A model generated the notes under the pieces. That model searched no databases and was not told the DNA's origin. It saw nothing but the letters and a program-made list of their open reading frames with translations. This document shows positions 11,411-23,275 of a DNA stretch of 64,000 bases, piece by piece; the stretch's first letter is position 1; each line of letters starts with the position of its first letter. Origin of the DNA: Marsupella aquatica (taxonomy: Eukaryota; Plantae; Marchantiophyta); contig OZ316894.1 of the NCBI GenBank assembly GCA_973895155.1, positions 19,506,805 through 19,570,804 of the forward strand, read 5' to 3'. Made by a program: the position numbers and the translations under genes.

Positions 11411-14400
11411 TCCTCTACGGAGAATTTGCGATATCTGTCTGTATTCTTTTGAAGATTCATCGACACCATTGAATGCAAGATCGCGGATAGAAGCAAGTAC
11501 CGTGGTCCAAGTGAATTCTCCGTGAAAATGAGAAATAATCTTTCAGCAATCCCTGCGCTGGTTTCGGCTTCTCTAACAATTACTAGGAGGAACGGACAGA
11601 TCTCGATCAAAGTAACCAAAATTTTGCGGTATTGTTCTCCAATCTTTTTGTCTTTCCACTTTGTGAACAACTGAATAATGCTTTGGATGTCATTCCCCTC
11701 GTCACCTGGTACCCAACTCTGCTGCGTTTTCTTTTGTTTCAACGACTACAGATTCGTGTCAACCTCTCACCCTGCATGCTTCCCTTCTCTTTCCCCCATT
11801 TTCCGTGAAGAGCAGTGAGACTAGACTAATTATGGGTTGAAGTCCCATGTGGAAATGGAGCAGTACATCAACGAGAGGGCCACTCCTCTTCCGTCATCAT
11901 TTCTGAACTTATCGATGCAAACAAAAGAATGCGTCGTAATTGCCTACTGCAGTCTTTTTGCTTTGAATTTTTCATTGAAATCCATTCATTGAAACAGCAC
12001 CTGCAGTCGTTTTACGGCATTCCTACACACTGAATCAGATTGAATGCACGTCTTAGCTTACGAAGGCAAGGACAGATAGAGATTGGTGATCACTTTTACT
12101 TTTGGATCATATTCTCGACCAAACAGATGATCGAACGATCCACCTCCCAGACCAGAGTTTGCTCGATTCATCCTCTAAATTCTGCCCTACCCCGCATAGA
12201 AGTTCAATCTGTAAAGCAAGATGCGCGTTGAAATTTTCTCACGAATTCGATACATAAACAAACAGTTTCCAGGACCAGGTGATGCGGCGCCGCATTGTCG
12301 AGCGCATTGTTTTCCCAGAACTTTCGACGATGCTGATGATGATTTTAAATAGTTGGGAACTGTGCACCCACTAGGAACGTTTGGTGAGTGCTTCGATTCC
12401 TTCTGGCCTTCGTGTAGAGAGAGGTTGCTAGTGTCTACCTTTTTTCTTTGTAGCGAAATTCTCCAGATTCCACTCTCCTAAACGTTTCGTCACTTTTGTA
12501 GACATTTGGCGTCTTCCATTATTTACCCCTAGCTACAGACACAAGTTCGTTTTTTAGTTGCCAAATTTGCTAGATTCGACGTCTCCCAAAAGTCTTCCAC
12601 ATTTGTATAAAATTGTCCACGTTTTTTGTGCTTTTTGTCTTCCATTGGCCAGTTTCTCACCTAGCCACCACAGACCCCCATCAGCCAGAATCTAATGGTT
12701 ATCTTAAGGAAGATCTCATGGTCAGAAATTAATCTAGGAAAGCTAGATTAGGAATATTTCCAGCATCTACTCCTTTTGCGCATAGCATCTTCTGTTTGGC
12801 CCAAAGTGGCATTGGCCACCCTGGCGAAAAAGGGAAAACCTTAACAATTATATTGGTGAAGGCACTTATGACTTTCTTCACCTTTCTAAAGTCATTTCTT
12901 GTTTTAAAGTCATTTCTTGTTTTAATGAAGATAGACTCCAAAACAAAATCTTTTGAAATGCAGGACAGTAATTACAATGCCAATCCTTTGAATGAAGGAG
13001 CCAGGGCAACACCTCATTTTTGGAGAGGAGAGAGGTCAAAGAAGGTGGAAGTCGCACCAGGTGACTGAATCCAAGATGGGTGCTTTGCTAATTTCAGGGC
13101 CTCCAATAATGGCTAAATTTTTTATTTAGCATCATTCACCCCCAAACCATAAGTTGGAGATGCTCTTACAAGCATCTTGGAAAGATTTTTGCAATAACTA
13201 AGCCTAGTATTGTTAAGTTTTGTTGAGGATTGAGAGACTTATAAATTCCCAACAACATCTGTCTCATTTTCTTGTCCCAATTCACTCATTGGTATTACCC
13301 CGGGTATTATATTATATCTACCATATAAGAGAAAAGAGTGTTGACTGCAGTCCATCAAGGCCCAAAATCTATCTGAACATTTTGGCAAAAGTGGAGATCC
13401 ATGCAACTGAAGCCTCAATTTCCAGTGTAATCATGTAGGCTAAGAGTCCCATGTGAGAGACCCTGACTCATGCCAGCATATAAGTGAGAGAAAGTTACAT
13501 GCCTAAACCCCCTCCTGTGCCAGGCTTGACTGCAAAATTTGTGCAATTCCAAAGTCAAGATCAATAAACTTTCTGGCCCCTTGAGGTCCCTACCTCAAAC
13601 TTCATAACAAAACAAAGCGTGCTCTCAAACTTCGTAACAAAACAAGCGTGCTCTGTACAAGCTTCAGGAGGTAATGACAACAAAAAAAAACACTACCAAA
13701 CCTTATGCACTTTGCTGCAGGGCAGCAGATCTACTTATTCCGGATCATTTAGTGAGTGCTGAGTTGCAATGTTGAGAGCAGCTAAGTACAAGTTGACTCT
13801 AATAGGGCGCCTCAAACCTCTGAGTTTTGCCTCTGGTCACCTTCAAGGTAGTTTCCCCAGAAAAGAATTGGCCTACATGAAAATGCTTCTCCAGAAAAGA
13901 ATTGGCCGACATGAAAATGCTTGTCCTTGTGACCTCAGACATAAACTAGTGTAGTACTTTGGGGCAAGGTTTATTTTCACGGACCTAAAGGTTTGAGGCC
14001 CCCTAATAAACAGCAGTCTTAAAAACTACACTGAACCACAGTACCGCATCAGAACTGCAGAACTGCAGAGGGTGCGTGCTGTCGAAGTGCTACTGTGGTG
14101 TAGACCCGACCTCGCACTGTGCGTGCCGGACCAACCCAGACCCGACCTAACCTGACCCGACCCGGTCACCTGAAGACCTGACCTACGATTCAGCCAAAGG
14201 ACTGGGACCGTCCTGTCACAAACACGCCTGGACCACCCTGTTGACCAGGCAGGACTCCAAAGCGCCAGAAAATCATGAGGAGGAAACCGAGGAATCCACA
14301 GCAACTCGTCAATCCTCTTGGAGCTCTTCAATCCTAGCTAGGCCCATCTCTGTGGATGAGCTGCCACACTCTTCCAGGATTCAAATACCCCACTCACTCT

Positions 14401-15037
14401 GTACAGAGTTCGCCACTTGTAAACTAATGATGAATCGTCTTTAGTCTGCTCGTCGTCTCCCTCACTACCTACAGTAGATCACGGATTTTCACTGTGACCT
14501 CTAAATCACGAGCGTTCGAAGTTCAATTGTGAGGGATTTGGTGTTCGTGGTGGTTCAGTGGCAGCAGAGGTGGAGCCTTTCAATTGCTTGTATGTTGGCT
14601 TTTCAATTGCATGCAAGTATTTGCCTCTCTGTTGGAGGTGGAGTTTTCGCCCAACATCCAGGGTCCTGGTTGTGTTCATTGACGTGACCAGCGAAGGTCT
14701 TGTGGGAGTGTTTGAGAAGTCCAAGGGGTCAATCACTGAGAGTGAAAGTTTCTGGTCACTTCACAGGAATCTCTGGTCTCCGTCAGTAGAGAAAGAGGTG
14801 GGGGTTTTCAATTGCATGAATGGTGTCGCTTCTCTTTTGAAGTTTTCCCCCAACAGCCAGACGTCCAAGTTGTGTTGATTGACCTAACCTGCTAAAGCTC
14901 TTCAGGGAGAGTGTTTAAGAACTCAAAAGTCACGCACTGGTAGTGAAAGATTCTGGTCACTTCACAGGATTTCTCGAGTTTTGGAGTTCGGAATTTCAAT
15001 CTCCGAATTCTGTTCACAGAATTGCTAAGAAGTAGAA

Positions 15038-16255
15038 ATGGCGTTAGCCGATGAAAGGAGGAAGGTGGCCGATACAGTCAAATGGCTTCGAGGCGAGAGG
15101 ACGAGAGTGCAATTGGCGCTGTTGACGGTGCAGCTGGGTTATGGAGGGTACTATGTGCTCACCAAGGCAGCCATGAGCGATGGAGTGAACCGGTTCGTGT
15201 TTGCAGTGTATCGGGACTGCATTGCTCTGGCACTCTTGGGCCCTCTCGCCTTCTTTTCTGAGAGGAGCCTCAGGCCTGCACTCACATGGACTGTCGGCTT
15301 CCTTATATGTGCTCTAGGGTTCACCGGGATTTTCCTTCAGCAGACACTTTTTCTCACCGGATTGGCTTATACCAACACGGCATTCGCTGCTGCAATGCAG
15401 AATGCCATCCCCGTCTTCACATTCATTATTGCAGTTATCGTCAAGCTCGAGGTGATTCGCTTCAACAAGCCTGACGGGGTGGCCAAAGTCGTGGGCATCA
15501 TCGCTGCAGTGAGTGGAGCGCTCACAATGTGCCTGTATAAGGGGCCAACTCTCTTGGGAACCGACATCCCCAGTGTATCTGACCAGGAGCAGGCTAAAAA
15601 TGCAGCTGCTGGAGCTGCCGGTGCTGCCTATGAAGTGGGATGGTTGACGGGGCAACTGTTGAATTACGGCATTGATTACTGGCAAATAGGGTCCCTCTCC
15701 CTGGTGCTGAACTGCCTCTGCATGGGAATTTACACCAATTTGCAGATTCCTGCGCTGAAGAGGTTCCCAGCACCAGTCTCCCTGTCTGCCTCATCCATCT
15801 CTGTTGGAGCTCTGGCCCTGCTGTTCACCGGAATGGGCACCATCTCGAATCGGTCCGATTGGCTGATCAGCAAGCCTGGCTCTATTGTCTCTGTTGTGTA
15901 CGCCGGCGCCATTGCGTCAGGTCTGAACTTCTCTCTCCAGACTTGGGCCAACCAGCGGGGCGGTCCCGTTCTCGTTGCTGCATACATTCCCCTCCAGACA
16001 GTCTTCTCGGCATTCCTAGGTGTTATGATTCTGGACGATCCCCTGTACCTGGGCAGCGTCATTGGGGCTTTCATGATCTTGGTTGGGCTCTATCTTGTCA
16101 TCTGGGGCCAAAGATTGCATCGGTCCGCAAGGGAGAAATTGAGCCTCACCGTCCCTTTCAGTGGCGCCAACGATCTGGACGAACCACTCCTGAAATCATC
16201 CTCGTCAGTTTCTCAAATTGCCACCGGCACTTACGGTACAATTTTAAGACACTAG
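15038..16255 (+). CDS. WAT1-related / UMAMIT (nodulin MtN21, EamA) amino-acid or auxin transporter, 405 aa, intronless CDS
   Basis: Single ORF with family motifs GVNRFVFAVYR, GLAYTNTAFAAAMQNAIPVFTF, KVVG...GA..MCLYKGP, RGGPVLVAAYIPLQTV, LYLGSVIGA..I..GLYLVIWG. About 10 hydrophobic segments. Confidence 0.93.
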   Translation: MALADERRKVADTVKWLRGERTRVQLALLTVQLGYGGYYVLTKAAMSDGVNRFVFAVYRDCIALALLGPLAFFSERSLRPALTWTVGFLICALGFTGIFLQQTLFLTGLAYTNTAFAAAMQNAIPVFTFIIAVIVKLEVIRFNKPDGVAKVVGIIAAVSGALTMCLYKGPTLLGTDIPSVSDQEQAKNAAAGAAGAAYEVGWLTGQLLNYGIDYWQIGSLSLVLNCLCMGIYTNLQIPALKRFPAPVSLSASSISVGALALLFTGMGTISNRSDWLISKPGSIVSVVYAGAIASGLNFSLQTWANQRGGPVLVAAYIPLQTVFSAFLGVMILDDPLYLGSVIGAFMILVGLYLVIWGQRLHRSAREKLSLTVPFSGANDLDEPLLKSSSSVSQIATGTYGTILRH

Positions 16256-17689
16256 AATCTGAGAAATTGGGACCAAAATTTTGACCGTCATATCATTTAC
16301 TACTGTTCCCCTCATTAGACACATTACGGAATGATTCTTCCCATTGTAAGAGGACCGCGTACTCTGTACATACTGCAGCGAGCTATCTGTATATAATGTT
16401 AGGAGACTTGGTCTTCGACAATTGTCGTGAGCTATAAACCATACACCTGCCCCTGATATGGAATAAAGCCGAGGGAGCCGGCATGGCGACCTTGTCGATT
16501 GTTCGAAAAAGTACTGTTCCGAATTCTTTAGCATGGTGCCAACCCTTGACCTTTTCTGTATTTTTGGGCCCACAGGCTACGTGGGTCTCCGAATTATTGC
16601 AGGAATCTATGCCAGTTAAGCTTCAGAAGCCAAGCCGACCCTAAACGTAGTCCGGCTTGAATTGTGACTCTAATTTGCTAGAACTTTGGTAATAAAAGGG
16701 GCCTGGATTCTTCGATTGAGTGCAGACCCTTGACCTACGAATTATCTAAACCCGACTCCAAATTCCTGGGAATTTGTTCCCCATCGGACACTTTGAATGG
16801 AAACGCTCATAAGTAGCAGACTACTGAACAGTATCATCAATTTTGGTGAGGGCAGCATTGGCATGGTGTGCTGAGCTGTAACAAGCATAGTAAGTGAAAA
16901 GGACCCCGGGATCGCTGCTCGATGAGGTCAACGGATCCCAATCATATGGGGCAGGCAAGGTCTTGATCAGAGTAGGCTCTGTTACATCCGAGTCTTCTCA
17001 TGCGGTTGGTATAGCCGTGCTCTTGGATTCCAATCAGGGTTCCAATCTCCTGGAATTTTCAACAGGGGCAAGAATGGAGAAGGTTCAACTCATCGCTAGG
17101 GCATGGTTCGGGTGAGATTCTGCAACCTATTTTAGGCTCGGAATGGTAAGAAGAAGGTCATGAAGAAACCTTCTCAACCAAACTTCTCGTCGTAGTCTCA
17201 CCGTTTCCATCATTTCGAAATAGCAACAATAGCTAGATGTGGTCTCTTGACCACATGCTCAACAGCAATGAGATAGAATCGTTCTTGTGCCTCCTGTGAT
17301 ACTGCCCGTTCATTAACACCCAACTTTTTGTGAAATTGCATGCCAAACGGAAGTACCTGAGGACAACTTCGTAGTTAACGATTTCATACTTGTTCGAGAC
17401 GACGCAGCTAAAGAATTGTAAAGAGTGCAACAAGAACTAAAGTAGCTTAGTGCTATCAAGGAATCAAAAAGCAGTCGTATCACAGGAACGAAACAACCCC
17501 GGACTAGCAGAGGCTTTACAATCACTGTCCCTGGACGTCAGGCCCACCTGCCATTCTCATGCCTCATCTATATTCAAACTGCTGTTTCTATTCGATTGAA
17601 TCGCAATGCACAACGGAAAAGGGTGAAGGTCCCGTGACTTCAAAATTGTCCCTGAACTTTGGGATTGGGAAAATACTCGATCGAAGTCA

Positions 17690-18129
17690 CAGACTAGACC
17701 TAGGAGACCAGACAATGTCTCAAAGCAAACCGACCATGGGCTTAGAGAGGAAACCTGACTGCAATGACCAGTTCCGATGATATCGTGGTATTGTTTTCAT
17801 AACGAAATCTGCTGCATTTTTTGATTCAATTTATCCGTGATGGACTGCTACAAATAGAACCAAAATTCAGCGACCTCTCGATCCATTTCAATACTATCTC
17901 CGATGTGCTCCATGACGGTCGTACTTCGCAACATGGCGTTCCAAGCTTTGCAAACCAGGCGGAGTCTAAATACGCTCGTGAGGGGCAGGTGCCTTAAGAT
18001 GTCGATTTGAAGATCATGCGGAAGATTCCTCCATCGAGAAGCTAGCACAGCCATCTCCTCTTCAGCAGCTCTTCGTGCTTCTTCCTCTTCTTTTATTGAA
18101 GTAACTGCTCCATATAAGCACCATGCCAA
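17690..18129 (-). pseudogene. F-box protein pseudogene or truncated gene
   Basis: F-box motif WRNLPHDLQIDILRHLPLTSVFRLRLVCKAWNAML, then an early TAG at 17848-17850. A downstream SGLLGLVC-like segment lies in another frame. Confidence 0.65.
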
Positions 18130-18562
18130 TGTGAGTAATATTTATGCCAATGTGAGTAATATTGCGGAGCAAGAAATTGATCCTTGAACGAACGATTGTC
18201 CGAAGTTGGTATCAATCATGGACTCACTCACCGAAATATTCTCTGTTGTTGTAAAGAAAGCTGAAAGCCATGTTAAAAAATGAAAAACAGAGAGACCTAT
18301 TCCTGTACCAAGACAAGAAGTCATTTGTCAGTTACAAATCATAAGTCGGCGCTCCATTTTCATTGAGATAGAAGTAACAGGACTGTTGAACTGAAAATAT
18401 AGTCGATATGAAGTGGCCAATACTTTACCCACAACTAACAATCACATCGTACAGAACTGTGCAACGAAATTGTCCATCCTTAACAGGCTTGGAACTTACA
18501 TTTACTGGCCCGGTCGACTTAATTATACTGAAAGTGTTTTAGGCATCTAAGAAAGGGCTTAT

Positions 18563-19674
18563 TTGCAAGCATTCGGACTAGTAGCAACGGATGTGGATCT
18601 GTTGATCTTCTGCAACGAGGTTGAGATCGAGGACTGGGACGGGATTCTTCCTCTTAAAGCTCTGGATGAGAACTCCACCATAAAGTCGTGCGACCGACAC
18701 AAGCCAGCGGCAGAGAGATGTATGAGTCATGCATCTGAGACATCTTCTTTTCAGTAGTCGAGTTTTTTGTGATGTCTCTCCTACGCACTGAATTCCTGCC
18801 AGTGCCGAAATTCTTTCAGAGGAACACACTCCGGAAAAGTCGCTGCTGTTCTCTCGGTTCTCATCTTTACAACGATCCATGCACTCCCTGTGACTCTTTT
18901 TGCGGACATCCTGTGGATCTGATGTTAAAGACATATGGCTCGATTATGTTGATTTCGTCAGGTACGAGAATAGTGGGAAAGATTCTGTGGGCTAAAATCA
19001 TGAATGCCACATTTGGAGTCAGGCACTGCCATGAATTGTAGGGGATAACTGAAACTGTGCGCATGATTCAAGTACCTACTAAAGCTATCGTGGCCACGAC
19101 CATTTCGTACTCTCAAAAGTTGAGGCCCAATCACACACGTCCCACAAGAAAAGAAACAAGTCAGCGGATTTCCCGTCTGCGAGTCGTGTAGATATACATT
19201 CTTCTGTCTAAAAGAGATGGCCTAGACCATGCCAAGTGAATGCGCTACGAAATCACCTATGCTCAACGATACTACCATATCAAACTCTATGGAACAATAC
19301 CACGCTTCGTTGGTAGCAGTAATTCCAGTCGCCAGTCGATTCTCTCGTATGATTGTCGATACTCTGGTATGATTGTCCAAGCATTCGATTGCTACTAATT
19401 CCATGTAGAAGTTGAATGGCAATCAACGCTTAGGCGTCGTCTTCTGGTATGATTGTCGAAGCATTCGATTGTTATTAGATCCAACATGTAGAAGTTGAAT
19501 GGCAATCAACTCTTCGAAGACTTCTTCATATAGGATAAAGAGCACTTTTACTAGAGTGTAATCCTTTGACCAGAAATTATTAGTGTGTAATCCTTTGACT
19601 AGAAAATGAATTAAAAGGAGTAATCCTTTGACCATAAATTATTAGTGTGTAATACTTGGACTAGAAAGTGGAAA
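18563..19674 (+). pseudogene. Possible remnant of an F-box-associated (kelch-like) region
   Basis: LVATDVDLLIFC near 18578 resembles VASDGGLL.F. LVCNPLTRK* and LLVCNTWTRKWK at ~19580-19674 resemble the CNPLTxxW motif. Many stops and internal duplications. Confidence 0.3.
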
Positions 19675-20231
19675 AAAAAAAGCTAACTCAGCTAAAGCTC
19701 TGAAACTTTTATGAGTATTCTGGGAGCAAGGTTCACACTATACCCCAGCCCAGATTGTCATTATATTATATAAATTTAGTCTGAATAAAGTTAACAACAA
19801 TGATTTTCAGACCAATACATTATGGAAATAACAAGGACCTCCAAAAATGTCACTGTTGTTCCGTACCAAAATATACCATTGAAGAAGGGACTGAAAACTG
19901 CTCGAAACTAGGAATGAACTGACGCTCATTTGGAGTCTGGGCTCACAAACTGTGAGATGTGACCATTTTCTTCAGGGCAAGTTCATTCAAATGAACAAAC
20001 ACCAGAATTGTCAATAGTTCCCCTCTGCCCACAGAAAAAGCTTTGCCAAAATTGTAGCAGCACTCCCGGTTCACCATTACTTCTTTCCAATAGGCCGTCA
20101 CCTTGGTCACATCAGAAAGTATCACTTGAGGGCCCGATGAAATAAATGTGGAGCTCACACTAAAACGCAAATGGCCACAACAGACTTTGAGGGCGAGGTC
20201 CTGCTAGAGGGCTGATAGGATAGTACCCTAA

Positions 20232-20548
20232 GGGCTAGGTTCCATGGGGCTGAGAGTAAGGAGTACAGATGCTGTCAGAATTTTTAAGCCAATAAAATTG
20301 CAGCTTTTCCAGGGACTGAGGGGTGTACAAATACTATATCAAGGAGTATGATTTTCCCTCACACTCCCTCTTAAACTTCAGGGCCCTTGGCTTGTATAAG
20401 AACAATACAGGGCATTCTCATTGGCTCCTGAATCAAAATTAATACTTTTAAAATATTATATACACCTTGGCATATGGTGTATTTGGGCCCTAGTTAATGT
20501 CAGAGGGAGTGACCGTACTCCCTACCCCTGGCCCATGGAACCTGGCCC
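20232..20548. mobile_element. Tourist-like (PIF/Harbinger) MITE, 317 bp
   Basis: TIRs GGGCTAGGTTCCATGGG and CCCATGGAACCTGGCCC (1 mismatch in 17). TAA TSD at 20229-20231 and 20549-20551. Confidence 0.85.
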
Positions 20549-23275
20549 TAAGTCTCCAAGTCCAAAACCCCAGTCAGCTGATTTGTAGCGGAAATGCCAT
20601 GAACTTGGGCAACCCTTGGGCAAACCACTCTAAGGGTGGCTTTACCAGACTTCACGGTCCATTAGAGAGTCTCACTATAGTCAAGGATGATGGTTTTTGG
20701 CCTTAAACCACCACTGTCCATCAGGTTGGGACAGGACAAAATAGAGCACTTTCAGGACAAAATAGAGCACTTTTTTTTACTGTTTTGAGCACGATCTTGG
20801 TTTATTTAGTAACCTAGATCCACCAGGTTTTGCTTCTGGGACAGTGGCACTTTATGTCTTTAAACAAATAGCCATTCCTTTCTCACAGGGTTCAATAAAA
20901 AATATCTTTTTACTAGCCTGTACAAGTTTTCTTTTCCAATAGCGCTCTACAATGACTTATGTTAATGGCATATGACAATCTTTATGGCAAAAAGTCATGG
21001 ATCACAAATGTGGTAGTACATAACTTAGTCTCTAACCTTAACTACTAAGTTAAGTTCCATATAATTTGGAGGTTTGAGACCCCCTACTGCTTCTTTTTAC
21101 TCCCTCTTAGATCAAACCTGAATGAGTGCAATGGGCTTTCCAAAGAGCTCTGGGGCCCATTCAGGTAAGGGTTTACTTAATTAATAAAGGAGTGGGCCCA
21201 AGTTCTGGGTTTACTTGTCCTCCATGCCAACGAGTGGGCCCAAGTATATGATGATGGGGGTGCTCATCTTGTCTTGAATTCCAGGCTCCTTGGCAACTAG
21301 TGGGCCCAAGTACATGATTGATGGAAGTGTTTATATTGTCTATTGTTTAGACATCTGAAGGTGGTCCAAACATTCAGAAACTTTGGCTCTGGGCTCTTCA
21401 TTCAAGGGATTTGCAAGTGCCCGAGAAATCTTGCAATGTCACCCTGAGGAGGACCTTGACTCGATTTCTTCTGGTTGGCATCTGCTGCGTTCGGGAATGG
21501 AAGACAAGATAATAAGCTCACTGACTGTGAGCGAAATTGATCAAAATTTGCCCGCTTTTCTCCGTTAATGTCACCGGGATTAATGCCCTGCTCTGAATAG
21601 GAGATTTCTCAATTGGAGCTTTCGTCCCAATGGTTTTAGGGTTTCTGATTTTTCTGCAAATTGATCTCATTCTCTGTTTTTCTCCACATATGGAGACCGC
21701 AGGGATGAGTGATGACCACTTGCTTTTGCGGAGAAGGAGGATTTTCATTCGGTCAGTGGGCTTTGCAAATGTTTTAGACCTCACTGACTGCAAAACAGTA
21801 TTATCGTCCTTCGTCGGGTCTTGTTAGATGTAGAGTGCAATTGGTGGCACCCTCCTATTCTTGCAGCGGAGGAGAAATTATATTGAGTATACGTTTCCGA
21901 GGGTTTCAGCCAGGGGGGAATGAGGAGGAACCCACTCTGTCAGGAGGGATGAGATTGGATCTCTGAAATAGCTGCAGATCGACAGAAGTTGTGGCGAAAT
22001 TGATGCAGATCGACAGAAGTTGTGGCATTATTTCTGTTGTTGCTTTGCGATTTCTCAATGGCCGTCATAGACTCGCTACAATCTAGCAACAATGAGCACA
22101 GTTCCCTGTATTCGAGCGTCGAGGCGGGGAAAGAAGCAGACGAAGATGAGGGAAGCGGGTGATTAAGGCTTGGCGTAGGGTGCTCGTAACACTTGCCAAA
22201 TGGTTTGGACACATGCCTGCCTGTATCGTAGCACCAAATGCTGGAGTGGAAGGAGCAGTTGTGGTGGGCAAGCTCCTGGGGCAGCAGAGCATACAGATTG
22301 GATACGATGAAGTAAGAGGTGTGTGACTTTTCTCTCTCCACACTAAAAATGATTTCATCGTTATCACTACACATTAGGGAGATGCTGCAGCTGACACATA
22401 GCGAGCCGTTGCAGCAGTGGCATTGTTGAATTAATTAAGCAAATACAGTGGACGAATTAGTTGTGTCCCCCTTTCAAGCGGCGTGGTTGGTGTGAATTTA
22501 AGCGGATTCGGATTTCACTATAATTTTTTGGAATTGGAAAACACATTCTAACTTAACTTTTGCAAACTGATACAAACAGATGGAATTCCGCTTAGAGAAG
22601 GGAAAACCTTTGAACGAGAGCTCAACGTTGTCTTAATTGGGTGGAATTTCTTCGGTGATAATGTTTTCTTTGGAGAATTATCCCTACCTTTGTTTGACGA
22701 GGATGAGTCAACTCTTCTATGATGCCTGTCATTCGACTTGTTCTCGTATTTTAATTTACACACTTAGGTGAATGGGTGGATAGGGTCACCTCTGGCATCA
22801 TTGATCCAGTGATCACCTAGTTGCCAACCGATTCCCCTGCATTCCATACCGCCAGGACTGCAAAGTGTACTTGAGTGTGAACTAACATGTAGATTCGTTT
22901 ACCTACCTGGATATGCCTTTCCCAGCTATTCCTCTCTCCTATTCTAAGGCCATTGCGTTCTTGACTGATAGCCGTTACTCTCAATTGAAACAGTCATGTT
23001 CTTTTGCAGTCTTGACAGGTATCGGTACCAAATATATCAGTAGGGCAAGGGAGACAAGAAACTACATCGTTGGACGGAGGTAGGGTCCTAGCCCTAGAAT
23101 CAGAGACTTACGGGTCTACTATCTTTCTGTGAGCGTTTTATTGTAGAAATACGGTTTTGACTTCAGAATCAAACCATTGCACCTCGTAAAATCGCTTGGA
23201 TTTTGTGCTGGTCGATCTGATCGTGGGTTGTGGTGCTCACAGAGGAAGCCCAGAACACCTAAGTTTAATAATAAG

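Noticed and set aside
10497-11525. Many overlapping Pro-, Gly- and Arg-rich ORFs up to 209 aa
   Set aside because: By-product of a stop-poor GC-rich repeat; low complexity in all six frames.
13096-13167. GTTGGAGATGCTCT Tourist-type TIR
   Set aside because: Only one convincing end; the partner is too degenerate to call an element.
21380-22400. Minus-strand ORFs vaguely like LINE ORF1
   Set aside because: No zinc knuckle or other diagnostic motif I can support without a search.
23177-23275. 953-aa PPR start given by the ORF track
   Set aside because: It begins at TTG; a nuclear gene most likely starts at the ATG at 23276 or later.
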